This document shows, in pieces, positions 31,874 to 43,361 of a stretch of 48,789 nucleotides of DNA. How positions within the stretch are numbered: the stretch's first letter is position 1; each line of letters starts with the position of its first letter. The stretch comes from an uncultured Nitrososphaeraceae archaeon (GTDB lineage Archaea; Thermoproteota; Nitrososphaeria; Nitrososphaerales; Nitrososphaeraceae), in NCBI GenBank assembly GCA_963837175.1, contig CAWIMJ010000036.1:1-48789 (forward strand), given 5' to 3'. The position numbers and the translations under genes are program-made. The notes under the pieces were generated by a model that saw nothing but the letters and a program-made list of their open reading frames with translations, made no database searches and was not told where the DNA came from.

Positions 31874-33676
31874 TTAATCTATCGGTAAGCTAAAACTAAA
31901 CGTAGCGCCTTTTCCATTTGAGTTATTTTCAGCCCATATTTTCCCATCATGAATTTCAATAATACTCTTTGAGATAAACAAACCAAGACCAGTACCTTCA
32001 AAAGATTTTGTAGCAAACTTTGTAAATAGCCTTGGTAGAATTTCAGAGTCTATTCCGCTACCTGTATCCTTTACAATAACAAGAATATGATTGTCTTCTT
32101 TTTCTGTATTGACAGAGATAGATCCTCCTCCTTCTTTTGTGAATTTTATAGCATTACTTAGAAGATTGAAAATAACTTGTGATAATCTTTCTTTGTCTGC
32201 TTTTACAATAATATCTTTAGTCTCATACAATATTTTTATATTCTCTTTTTTATTGTTAAAATATTTATTTCCTGTTATATCATTTATGGTATTTACAATT
32301 ACATCGTTTAGATTAAATTGTTCTTTGTGTAGTTTCAATGATTTGCTTTCAATCCTTGTAACATCAAGTATATTTTCTGTGAGTCTGCGAAGTCTTTTTG
32401 CATTTCTAGATATAACATCTATCAGAGTAAGCTGTTCATTATTTTTTATTTCTGATTTAAGGGTTTCACTTAGTCCAAGTATGGGTTGTATAGGAGTACG
32501 TAATTCATGTGCTGCTATATTAATAAATTCATTTTGCATATTAGCATGAACTTTCAACTGTTCATTTGCTGATTCTAATTTTTTATTGGCTAATACAAGT
32601 TGTTTGTTGGACTCATCTAATTCTTTTGTCCTTCTTTTTACCTCTCTATCTAAACTGCTATTCCATTTAATAAGAAAGACAATTAAGATTACAACTGCAG
32701 TAGTTATGCCTGCAAGTAGTGAAAATGTCTGTAATCTTTGTACAGAAATAACACCATTGATCTGCGAATAAATTGTTGAAGTAGGTGTTATTACAAAAAT
32801 AAAATATATGGGTTTTCCTGCAACAAAAATAGGACTTCCTGTATTTAGTCTTTCACCATTCTTAAATTCATAAATATCAAAATCTTGTTTTCCTGACAAT
32901 ACTGTTCGTATTAGGTTATTTAGGATCGTGTTGTTTTCAGTAACTTCTTGTGTACGGCTACCAAAGAATGGTGTTCCAATAAGTGATTTAACTGGATGAA
33001 TTAATTGAACGGAGCCTCTATCCAAAACTGCTAGATATTGTGATTTTATATTATAGATATTTCCATAATGCTCAAAAAATGATATTGTGGGTATTGCAGC
33101 TCCTACTAAACCTAAATACTGCCCTGTGTTCTCATTTACAATTGGATAAGTTAAAGCTATTCCGTATTTACCATCCGTTCCTTCAAAGCCATTAGAAAAT
33201 ACTGGCATTTGTGTATCTTTTGTTTGCTTTACCCATTCATTATAGGAAAAGTCGATACCTACAAACGAATTTTCACCTTTTGGAATTATATTAATTGTTG
33301 CTATGTTGTCTTTATTTAAAATAAAAAGCCTATCTACTAGAGTTATAGAATTTATCTGCTTATATACTTCTTGTAATAATTTTGTAGTCTCATTACCAGA
33401 CAATTCTCCTTGTTGTAATATTGCAGAATTGGTTAACATCTGAAGCCTTGCCATAATCGAATCCAAATCTGAGCTAATATGATGAGAAAGAGCTTCTGTA
33501 GCGTCTATCTGTCGCTGCTTTTGCTGATCAAATAAGCTGTTTCTGATATTCTTTTCTGTATTATTCTGTAAATAAAAAAATAGTCCATATGAAATTCCTA
33601 TAATCAATATAATAGAAAGAATAGTAATTTTCTGTGTGTTTAAAGGAAAAATATTACGATATTTTTTAAAAGCCAT
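31874..33676 (-). CDS. Membrane sensor histidine kinase with Cache-like extracellular domain
   Basis: Two TMs flanking DFSYNEWV..PVFSNGF..IALTYPI..YLGLVG; AAHELRTP; N/G boxes. Confidence 0.94.
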   Translation of the reverse strand: MAFKKYRNIFPLNTQKITILSIILIIGISYGLFFYLQNNTEKNIRNSLFDQQKQRQIDATEALSHHISSDLDSIMARLQMLTNSAILQQGELSGNETTKLLQEVYKQINSITLVDRLFILNKDNIATINIIPKGENSFVGIDFSYNEWVKQTKDTQMPVFSNGFEGTDGKYGIALTYPIVNENTGQYLGLVGAAIPTISFFEHYGNIYNIKSQYLAVLDRGSVQLIHPVKSLIGTPFFGSRTQEVTENNTILNNLIRTVLSGKQDFDIYEFKNGERLNTGSPIFVAGKPIYFIFVITPTSTIYSQINGVISVQRLQTFSLLAGITTAVVILIVFLIKWNSSLDREVKRRTKELDESNKQLVLANKKLESANEQLKVHANMQNEFINIAAHELRTPIQPILGLSETLKSEIKNNEQLTLIDVISRNAKRLRRLTENILDVTRIESKSLKLHKEQFNLNDVIVNTINDITGNKYFNNKKENIKILYETKDIIVKADKERLSQVIFNLLSNAIKFTKEGGGSISVNTEKEDNHILVIVKDTGSGIDSEILPRLFTKFATKSFEGTGLGLFISKSIIEIHDGKIWAENNSNGKGATFSFSLPID

Positions 33677-33728
33677 ATACTATCATCAGACGATACTAGT
33701 GAAATTTATTATTTCTCTATAATAAGTA

Positions 33729-33950
33729 TTAATATCTCCCATTTCTGACAGCTTTTACTCCTATTGGCGTCATAACAGCTCCTGCAATAAGATATGCAGT
33801 AAGCATCCATGATGAAGTATTATACAAAATGTTAAATTCTCCAATAATATCAGGAATTGCAGGTAATAACATAGTTTCTCGGTACATAGTAATCAATATA
33901 GAAGAACCTAGGATAACCAAAGTCCTCCACGCAGAAGTAGAAATTCTACT
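33729..33950 (-). pseudogene. MFS transporter N-terminal fragment
   Basis: AWRTLVILGSSILITMY.ETMLLPAIPDIIGEFNI.YNTSSWMLTAYLIAGAVMTPIG, then abruptly ends. Confidence 0.75.
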
Positions 33951-34144
33951 ACTATGGTTTTTTTATTATTTGGATTGTGAGTCAAAGATCCTTTCTGTTA
34001 TCGAAGCTTGTTTGATCCTATACTAACTAACAAAAGTTCGTTTACAGATTTTTCTTATATGTAAGGTTTACTATGCTTAAAAAATCCTTTTACTTGGTTT
34101 TAAAAGATATACGAAATTATGTTAGGCAGTATAGTTATTGTTTT

Positions 34145-35566
34145 TTATGTAGTTATCTCAGCAACAAAGTTTTCTCTAATATACCTTCTTAGTTCTCCAG
34201 TGTCTTTTTTGCTTAACAGTATGTCATCATTGAAGATACTCTTCTTTCCCTTGAACACATTTATTCTTACTATAGAGGCTTCTTCTACTTTGTCCAGAGA
34301 TTCTGATGATGATGGAACTATTTCCATCTTCAATTCAGGACCCTTTGAAAACATTTCTTTTTCTCCTTGAGCGTATAAAATATCGTCATTACTTCTATCT
34401 ATATGTGGACTTGTGAATTTGAGGTCGAATCTGTTAATTCTGTCTTCTATCATAAGTTTGAGCATATCATTTCTATCTTCCTTTTCAAATCTTAGAATAT
34501 AGTTTTGAAGGGATTCGATTTCAATAACATTACCAATAGAAGATAATTGTCTTGGTTGCTCTTGTCCTTCTACTTTTTGTTCTTGACTTTTTGCAGTCCA
34601 AATCATTCCTTCCTTAGCTACGGTAATCTTGAATTTCCCTTCCCTTCCTGTTACTCTAAGGTTTTCATCTATGGTTTTTTGAAGCTCTTCACTATTCATA
34701 GCTTTAGTGGGTCCTCTGAACCATTGATTTTTTGCTTCTTCAAAATCCATCAAGCCTCTATAATGTACTATATAACATTCCTTTGCATTCCATCTTCTTA
34801 CAAGTTCAATGGCATCACTAACAGATATTAATCCTGTTTCAGGATGAGAATTATAACTTTGAGTACCTAATATAATAAGGTCAGGATTCCAGAATAAATT
34901 CTGATCAACATCATCATCTGGCAATGAGAGAAAATCCCATCCAATTATTATTTTTCTCTTATTTGGTATCTTAAGTATGTATATGACAGAACCTGGTGGA
35001 GAATTATCACCGTGGTATGCCAAAATAGGTATTGCTGAGATAGAGCCTACTTCAAATGGTTGATTTGGTTGGATTACATTAAAGGATACTTTATTATTAT
35101 TTGTTTTAGAAACCTCAGGGAATTTACTTACAATTTGATCATGACACTCCTTAGTACAAAATATTTTCAAAGCTCTTGATTGTTGATTTGTCTTATTGAT
35201 GAGTAGAGGTAATTCCTTAATATGGTCATCATGTGAATGAGTTATAAGTATAGCATCTGGTAGGTGAATTGCAGCAGATTTGATAGTAAGATCATTAAAA
35301 TCACCATAAGGAGATAGATCTATTTTTTCAAGACTTTTGACTACGCCTTCACCGATATCTACCAACAAATGGAAAACTTTATTGTTATTTGTTGTTATTG
35401 ATGAAGATGTCGTCGTCATCTTATCCTTAACGAATATTGAACATGAGGTATTTGCAATCATGCCTGTTCTTTTTACCTCAGCTGCTCTTTCCGACTTTTC
35501 TACGTCACCTAATATCGAAATGTCTGGCAGTACTCCATTTATTCTTACAATTGCCTGAGATTCCAA
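34145..35566 (-). CDS. Metallo-beta-lactamase-fold hydrolase (PhnP-like) with C-terminal extension
   Basis: LLVDIG, ILITHSHDDH (HxHxDH), YHG, YIVHY. Confidence 0.85.
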   Translation of the reverse strand: MESQAIVRINGVLPDISILGDVEKSERAAEVKRTGMIANTSCSIFVKDKMTTTSSSITTNNNKVFHLLVDIGEGVVKSLEKIDLSPYGDFNDLTIKSAAIHLPDAILITHSHDDHIKELPLLINKTNQQSRALKIFCTKECHDQIVSKFPEVSKTNNNKVSFNVIQPNQPFEVGSISAIPILAYHGDNSPPGSVIYILKIPNKRKIIIGWDFLSLPDDDVDQNLFWNPDLIILGTQSYNSHPETGLISVSDAIELVRRWNAKECYIVHYRGLMDFEEAKNQWFRGPTKAMNSEELQKTIDENLRVTGREGKFKITVAKEGMIWTAKSQEQKVEGQEQPRQLSSIGNVIEIESLQNYILRFEKEDRNDMLKLMIEDRINRFDLKFTSPHIDRSNDDILYAQGEKEMFSKGPELKMEIVPSSSESLDKVEEASIVRINVFKGKKSIFNDDILLSKKDTGELRRYIRENFVAEITT

Positions 35567-35699
35567 GGTATCTATACGATTTATCTTAGAAAATATATTA
35601 GATAAACCTATAGTAAAGTTATACTACTTTATATTAATACAGCCATTGACGTATTCCAAAGAATAGTAAACTTGTCTAAATATTACCATACGTGTCCAT

Positions 35700-35905
35700 G
35701 ACATGAACCAGGTGATTCTGATGGAGCAACGGTAAGTTGTAATGAAGGTGAAGTAGTAGTTGGAGGCGGTTTTCAAAGTGAGACTGGATTTCAGCCCAAT
35801 ACAAATCAACCCGAAGAGAATCTCTGGGTTGTAGAGGGACAGAACACAGGAAATACGGAGATAGCTTTTATTGCAGTTGCTTTATGTGCACAAATAACAT
35901 CCTAG
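35700..35905 (+). pseudogene. C-terminal domain remnant of a secreted/surface protein
   Basis: ATVSCNEGEVVVGGGF...WVVEGQN...AVALCAQITS* with no intact N-terminus. Confidence 0.5.
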
Positions 35906-36014
35906 TCTACAATAAAACCTTCCTTTCCTTTTTTTGTTTGTTTGTCCAATTTAGTAAAAAACCTTAATAAGATTTTGATTGTTGTTAACATTCAAATAAG
36001 CTAGATAAGTAAAA

Positions 36015-36856
36015 TTGTTTAAGAATCTTTAAGTCAAATTACGTATCACCATAAGTTCACGCTAAAGATTCTTGTTTTATCAATCATAGCCTCAATTATA
36101 ATTGCAAATTCTATAATAATTTTCTCTGACTCACACAATAGACATTTCACAGCTCTTTGGATTCTGAATATAACTGCAGCTATTGCTTCAAGTTTAGGTA
36201 TAATTGCAATATACAGACATGGATTTCATGGACTTCACGGTAAATCATATTTATTTCTGACGCTTGGTCTTATTTCTTGGTTCTTTGCAGATTTTACTCT
36301 TTTATATTACTATTATGCTTTAGGTCTGGAAGAGCAAAAACTTGTATCTATGGTAGATGGTTTATGGTTTCTTGGATATGGATTTCTGTCATTACATTTG
36401 TTTATTATACTTCGATCCTTACATAATATAATTAAACAGAGAATTGTAATCATAGTATTAATTATTTCATTGGTGTTTGTTGGTTATAATGTGCACATTT
36501 TACTCTCATCAGAAGAATTTATTGTTGATGTCGACTTTATGGCTTTACTTGTCACTATTGCCTATCCTATTTTAGATTTGACATTAATCGTTCCTTCTGG
36601 TGTAATACTAATAAGTTTACGGAAAGACTATCAACAGTTTATTCCTTGGTTTCTTTCTTCATTGTCTTTGTTGATTAACGCAATAGCAGATGATGGATAT
36701 GTGCATGATTTTGTAAGTGGAAATTCACAAAATGTTTGGTTCTGGTATCTATTCTACGTAACAGATTTCATAATTATGTCAGGTGCTTTATTTTGGTATA
36801 ATTGGTTCCATATTTCTTCAAGTAAATTAAGAAGAAAGATAAGAATCAAACCATAG
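36015..36856 (+). CDS. Polytopic membrane protein resembling membrane sensor domains; 5' end disrupted by a 1-nt indel
   Basis: Frame open from 36023 (LKILVLSII..GKSYLFLTLGLISWFFAD..DGLWFLGY..AYPILD); TTG 36015 would join it with one extra A. Confidence 0.75.
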
Positions 36857-37119
36857 ATAAAAGAGAAAAGCATAAGCGCTTCTTTGAAGAGATATAGTTA
36901 TTATATTGATTATTAAGAAACCTTCTACATTTGTCGATACTGCCGTACTATTGCCAATACTGCTAAATCTGATTTCCCAATATCATGAATCTCCTGAATC
37001 TACTGATAGTGATGACTATTGTGTCGCATTAGTAGTAGTAGCAGTAGTTGTTGTTGTCATCATTGTCGTATTACGGGGCATAAGATAGCTAATGGTCAAA
37101 TTGTAGAGTATTGGAATGT

Positions 37120-37330
37120 GGCAAACAGTAAAGATCTGCTAACTGACATTAGCTATCCTGAAAAAGCTACTGTCTATGAGCAATCTGCTTAACAGTCGGT
37201 GGAAGTCCAAGGTACTTACCTTAATGAATTGAGTTCCAAGTACTTAAAATAACGACCAAGTTCCCTTCAGCTGTCATTAAATCGATAGTAGAAGTTAGAT
37301 CGGCAAAAGCAGTAGAGAAGTCTTTATGGA
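37120..37330 (-). pseudogene. SnoaL-like/ester cyclase remnant
   Basis: FSTAFADLTSTIDLMTAEGNLVVILSTWNSIH*GKYLGLPPTVKQI. Confidence 0.55.
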
Positions 37331-37666
37331 AGTCCAAACAACTATAGGTCAAAAAAGCAATTGGTTTGGTAGTTAGAGTTTTTTCTTTGATTTATAGCTT
37401 GGTTATGCTTTTGGAATTACTACTATACAAATATCCAGATATGGAATGCAGCAGGTCTAATCTAGATTAGCGAACAAAATAATGGTTGATGTAAATAAAT
37501 TGCTGTCTTTCTGTGGGGCAGAAAACCCTTCAATGTGTGACTGTGACCATGCGACAGAGTTGATCACATGTTATAAACAAATATACCGCAGATATAAATA
37601 CAGATGCAAAAAATCATTTGTAATTCTTATTAAATAGGTCACATACACCACTATTCTGACTTACTT

Positions 37667-39457
37667 ATGTCTGAATTTATACAAAACGTTGGTAGTTACC
37701 TGATTCAACGATTATATGATCATGGTGTCCGACATATCTTTGGTGTTCCTGGAGATTATGTACTTGGATTCTATCAAGAGTTAATCCATTCAAACAAACT
37801 AAAGGTCATTAATACCTGTGATGAGCAAGGAGCAGGATTTGCAGCAGATGCCTATGCTCGAGTTAATGGACTGGGTGTCGTATGCGTAACTTATTGTGTA
37901 GGCGGATTTAAGGTCGCCAATGCTGCGGCACAGGCATTTGCGGAAAAGTCTCCGCTTGTAATAATATCTGGTGCTCCAGGAATAAAAGAACGTAGAAAAA
38001 ATCCACTTCTTCATCATAAAGTTCGAGACTTTGATACTCAGCAAAGGATCTTTGAACATATGACTATTGATTCTGCTTTGTTAAGTAATCCAACAACTGC
38101 TGCAAAAGATATTAATAGAGTATTATCAGCAGCTATCAGATACAAAAGACCAGTATATATTGAATTACCACGAGATATAGTATCAGCTTCAATACCTGCT
38201 GATCAAAAGCTATATGTTGACTCTCCTTTGTCCTCTAATGGATCCTCCGAAAATGTGAAAGCAGCAGAAGAAGGAGAAGAATATCAAACTGATATTGCTT
38301 CTATGAAGGAAGCAGTATCTGAAGCAACAACACTGATAAATTCTTCAAGTCAACCAGTCATTATTGCAGGAGTAGAAATACATCGTTTCACTTTACAAGA
38401 TAAATTGCTCCAATTGATTAATAAAACAAATATCCCTGTTGTATCAACAGTGTTAAGTAAATCAGTAATAAGTGAAGACCATCCATCTTACCTTGGAGTA
38501 TATGAGGGTGCCATGGGATATTACTCAGTAAGAAAATATGTTGAATCCAGCGATTGTTTGATTTTACTTGGAGCATTAATGACAGACATTAATTTTGGTA
38601 TTTCGCCTACACCAATAGAGCAATCTAGAAGTATCTATGTTACTAGTGAAAAACTATCGATCAAACATCATAACTTTGAAAATATCCTTTTGCAAGATTT
38701 CCTCACCTATTTGATAGAAGCACCTTTGGCAAGAAGAGATTTTATGAACATTCGCAAACAAGATTATGATGTGAAAAGCTATTACTATAATAGTAATAAT
38801 AATAATAATAATAATAATATAATAATCGTTACCCTAATATTCACAATAATAAGCATTTCTCAGCTGAAAGAAACCAAAAGATAACTGTACAACGTTTATT
38901 TGAACGCCTTAATCTATCTATAACTGATAATAATACAATTGTCATAGCTGATGTTGGTGATTCATTATTTGGGGCTCTTGATTTAACCATTCATGGGCAA
39001 ACTGAGTTTCTATCTCCTGCTTATTACCTTTCAATGGGATTTGCTGTTCCTGCTCGCTATGGGCGCTCAACTAGCCAATCCAAAACTTCGTCCTATTGTA
39101 ATAGTAGGAGATGGTGCTTTTCAAATGACTGGCATGGAAGTATCGACTATTGTCAGGTTTAATCTAAATCCAATTATTATTGTCTTAAATAATAAAGGGT
39201 ACGGAACAGAACGTCCTATGCTTGATGGTCCCTTTAATGATATATTACCATGGAATTATAGCCAAATTCCTGATATGATAGGTGGTCATGGTAAAGGTTT
39301 TGTCATAGAAACAGAAGATCAATTAGAAGAATCTCTCTCTGCTGCTGAAAAAATTTATTCTCAAGAATTGTGTGTACCAGATGTACATTTAGACATTCAT
39401 GATGGGTCGCAAGCGTTACAACGGCTTACTGAAGCACTAGGTAAAAAAGTACAGTAG
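37667..39457 (+). pseudogene. ThDP-dependent alpha-keto-acid decarboxylase (pyruvate/indolepyruvate decarboxylase family), two frameshifts
   Basis: [48 protein letters not shown]; shifts at ~38820 (AAT repeat) and ~39053. Confidence 0.9.
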
Positions 39458-39886
39458 TGTATCAATATACACATGTTATAATTGTGAGAGAATATTAAAA
39501 CTAATAAGATATACACAAAAGCATTAACAAAGGAATGTGTGATAAAGAAATTAAATTTGCTTACCAACGCTACTATTATGTAAGGTACTATTAGGTTTGT
39601 AGACCAGTCCAACGACAAAGAAATATCTAATGATGGAGAAGATAATAAAGAACCTTAAGAGCCTGATTATAATGATGGCATAGAACAAGATCAGCAAATA
39701 TAAGAGATGAAGAGTAATATGTTCAATCAATTTTTGAAACTTACAAAAACCATTAAAGCTTAGGCCTTTATGTGATATTCAATTAGTTGTTGTACTTCCA
39801 GACAAAGGTGACATTATAGCTTATAGACATGAGTTACACTTCTGTCAGGGAGTGTATCCAAAATGCCTTCTTTCCTAATGTCGAAA

Positions 39887-40412
39887 TTAACACGGACCTG
39901 GAGCTATACGTGGCAATGTCACCATTACATTGAAGAAACGTCCGTGATGATCGACCTTCTCTTGCCATAGCGCAAAGCGCAGAAGCTTCACATTTTCGCC
40001 TAGGTGAACCAATGGTGTTATCTGGGGTAAGCCATAGATGCCCTCTATAATAGCTTGATGACTAGGGCCTATTCCAAGACGCAACCTATTAGGTGCAATA
40101 TCATACAGAGAGAGAGAAAAGAGAGAGAGAGAGAGAGCCTGCTGTGCCAACACAAGTGGATGGCACGGATATATTGGCACAATAGATGTTCCTAAACCTA
40201 TTGTAGATATTTTTGCTGCAGCTGCCTGCTAGTGTCGTCATTATGTCTGGCCAAGTAGGCGGCTGTGCCATCCATATCTGCTCTACTCTGGCCGATTCTG
40301 CTGGAGCAGTAGTTTTTGCTGCAGCCATCACATTTGTGCCATCCACAACGAGTCCAATGCGAGAACGAGTTGACCGATTTGAGGGAACTTGCAAATCTGA
40401 ATCTTTTGTCAC
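39887..40412 (-). pseudogene. LLM-class flavin/F420-dependent oxidoreductase, truncated and frameshifted
   Basis: EQIWMAQ..DIMTTLA, PIYPCHPLVLAQQA, RLRLGIGPSH; GA microsatellite at 40106-40137. Confidence 0.8.
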
Positions 40413-40590
40413 ATTTTCACCTCTCTCTTATCCATTCCAGAGTCTCAGAATACCTTTATCCATTGCTATACTATGATGACCGAAACTTAAGATTATTATT
40501 ACTATCTTCTAGCATCGCAGCAAGAATTATTTTGTACCTACCGGTATAATGAACCATAAAGCCTACTAAAAGAGGAACACGAACCGAGGC

Positions 40591-40611
40591 TTCAAATTCC
40601 ACTGGCCCCAC
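40591..40611 (+). other. Degenerate tRNA 3'-end fragment (Pro-like), possible att scar
   Basis: TTCAAAT TCCAC TGGCCCC A C: T-loop, T-stem strand, acceptor strand, discriminator. Confidence 0.4.
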
Positions 40612-40783
40612 ATTGAAAGCACTACTTTTAGGATTCTGAAATATAAAAGTGAAAACAGATATTGGAAATATGAGTCGAATCCTTATTCGGATGCAAAGTA
40701 GAACTTCTTGGAACTAATAAACGGCTCACCTGCTGCTTCAGAATTATAATAATACATATATATTTTTTTGAATATGAATAAGC

Positions 40784-41149
40784 TTATTTTTTCTTTGGAA
40801 AATCATGTAATTCATTAGATACACACCTCAAGCAATTCCTTGGCTCATTACTACTCAGATATGAAATGTAAAAGCATTTAGAGCATTGTAATCGAGAAAG
40901 TGTGCTTGTCAGTTCCAAAGAATTCTCGAACTTTTTTAGTACTCGACGTGAAGTTAAGTTTTCAACTACAGCAGTTATCATTTCGTTCATATGCTGCGAA
41001 GTAGAATTTCTATACCTCAAATACAAACTAGTCATATCCTGTGCAAGTGACTCTTTTTTAAATTGTTGTAGTCTGCCTTGATTCGATTGCCGAAACAAAT
41101 GATCACGCAAATACCATTCAAATTCCCTAATTTCTACATCTTCTTGCAA
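40784..41149 (-). CDS. Hypothetical protein with C-terminal zinc ribbon
   Basis: CSKC-x12-CLRC near the C-terminus; 121 aa. Confidence 0.75.
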   Translation of the reverse strand: MQEDVEIREFEWYLRDHLFRQSNQGRLQQFKKESLAQDMTSLYLRYRNSTSQHMNEMITAVVENLTSRRVLKKFENSLELTSTLSRLQCSKCFYISYLSSNEPRNCLRCVSNELHDFPKKK

Positions 41150-41469
41150 TGGATAGTAACAAAATAACTAATAACTTTTGTCCAATAAAAATATGCTCTA
41201 TTCTCTATTCTTACGTTAATTAATGATACTATTGAATCCCTTTACATGCAGGACCTAAACCCCCTTGAGCCCTTATTGCCCCTTTGCAGTTATCTAGTGT
41301 TCAATTAGCGGATAAATACTCATAAATACAGTGATAGAAAACTTTAAACTTGACCTGATTATAGTATAATCCGGAAGAATTCTTTTTTAGAAGTGCTAGC
41401 ACAACGGATACCACCGAACGCGCTAACTATACGGGTTCTTATACTGTAGAGAATAGAGTAACTATTACT

Positions 41470-41730
41470 GGCATACTGAAAGGAGTGAATAAATAAAAGA
41501 TGGCAGTTAAATCCAGTAAGAAAAGTAGCCCTCAATGCCTCATCATTTCCTAAAAGTCCTGTAATTAGGCCTGAGACACCTCCACCTGTTATTACTGTAC
41601 TTGTATTGGTTGGAAACTTAACTACAGGTCTTAATAGGAACAAGATAGAAATTACAATTAGAAATATTCCAAGAATAACTTTGAGAATATCCTGTGATAA
41701 TATGCCAACAAAAGCCTGCAATAGCACCAA
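41470..41730 (-). pseudogene. TSUP (TauE/SafE) family transporter fragment
   Basis: ILKVILGIFLIV..VITGGGVSGLITGLLG..ALRATFL. Confidence 0.6.
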
Positions 41731-42267
41731 TAATTTGAGATAAAGGCAACTACAAAAAACAAGATAACTTCTAACATTGTCTTTGCAAGTTCATAGGATT
41801 TGAGAATATAAATCGTTCAATACGTGTTTTGACTTAGAACATATAGACAAAGACAAGAGCCCCTTATTCCTTTCATTGAATATCTTTAAAACTTCTAACT
41901 TTACTTATAGCAGATGCTAAAATTTGGCCTTCGACACAAACATCAAAGAATTCTCCTACCACAATTTGTCCTTTTGAAAATTCAAATTGATATTCTTGGG
42001 ACGATATTGGATCTGCTCTTTGTTGCTCTTCGGATGGCCTTTAATCTCCTTCGTATAATTGAAATATTTCTGATTTGTAGACTATAGTTACTTTTATCTT
42101 ATATTATTTAGGTTCGAATGCTGTAATTGTAAAATCTTAAAGGTGCTCAAAATTAGTATTACGACGCGTTACTATAAGAAGAAAGTAGATGGTAATAATG
42201 GAATATAGATAAAAGCCAACGGTATCAGAATCGTTCCCTTTTTAAAGATCGGTTATGTATATTATAA

Positions 42268-42935
42268 GTGCAAATAACAAAAGATAGAAAAAAGTGTGTA
42301 ATAGATCTCTATTTTAATCAGCATAAGATATACGCTGAAATCGCAGAAATAGAACACATCTCACCACGGGACATATACGCTATCATAAATGAGGAGAAGG
42401 CTAGACTAGACAACTACAAAATAAGCATCAGCAACAGCAACAAGAGCTATCTTCCAAGGCTTACAGATTATTTTCTGAAGGTAAGCCCCCTGTTGAAGTC
42501 GCTATCGCATTAAACTTGAGAGAGCCAGAAGCAACCAAATTATACAGAGAGTACTGGAAACTAAAGCGATTACACAAACTGAATTCAATATATGAAGAGA
42601 TTGGAGACGATATCCTACACATTATAGAGTTATACAGGAGAGCTAAGAAAGAAGGTACGAATATAGAACATATTGTTAAGCTTCTTCAACTAGCCGATGA
42701 GGGTAATGCTTCTGGAATATTACAGCTTGGAAGAAGACACAAATGGCTTATAGACAAGATACATGAGTTGGACATGCATATAGAAAGAGCAAAGAACTAT
42801 CTCTATAGTCTCAATAATGAGATCGCAGGTGCAAAATATTCACTTGATTACTATCATGAAGCTTATGAATGACTAAGACAAGAGTTGCATAAACTCTATG
42901 GAGAAAAGAATAAACTAGAAGATCTTCTAAGAGAA
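42268..42935 (+). pseudogene. HTH/coiled-coil repeat-family protein, copy 5 (frameshifted, truncated)
   Basis: VIDLYFNQHKIYAEIAEIEHISPRDI and KLLQLADEGNASGILQL near-identical to copy 1. Confidence 0.85.
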
Positions 42936-43361
42936 ACTAATGGTAATATTGCAGAGTAATAACATCATGTAAAATCAAACAGATAGAGTGTACTTTTACC
43001 TCCCCATAGAGACCTTCTATATATGGAAGTTTATATGCTCCAGTCTTTGTTGCTGTAGAAATAAAAAAAGATTGAATTAGTTCTGTTATAGAAGTTATTG
43101 ATGTCTTATGATAGTAGTTATCATCTGACATAATCAATATCGTTATAACTAATAATGGCAGCATCTGTTTGATTTCTTTTTTATTGCTAATTGATATCAT
43201 TGCTACTTAGAAATGATGATATATTTTGCCAAACTAAAGCCTAATTGGTTAATTTAATCTTTCAATTATCTAAATCAAAGAAGCATGAAATAGGTAAGAT
43301 TTGTCAGTCCGATATTGAAAATATTTACAAAACCATTTATTCTTACTCGCCTGAGAGCTGT

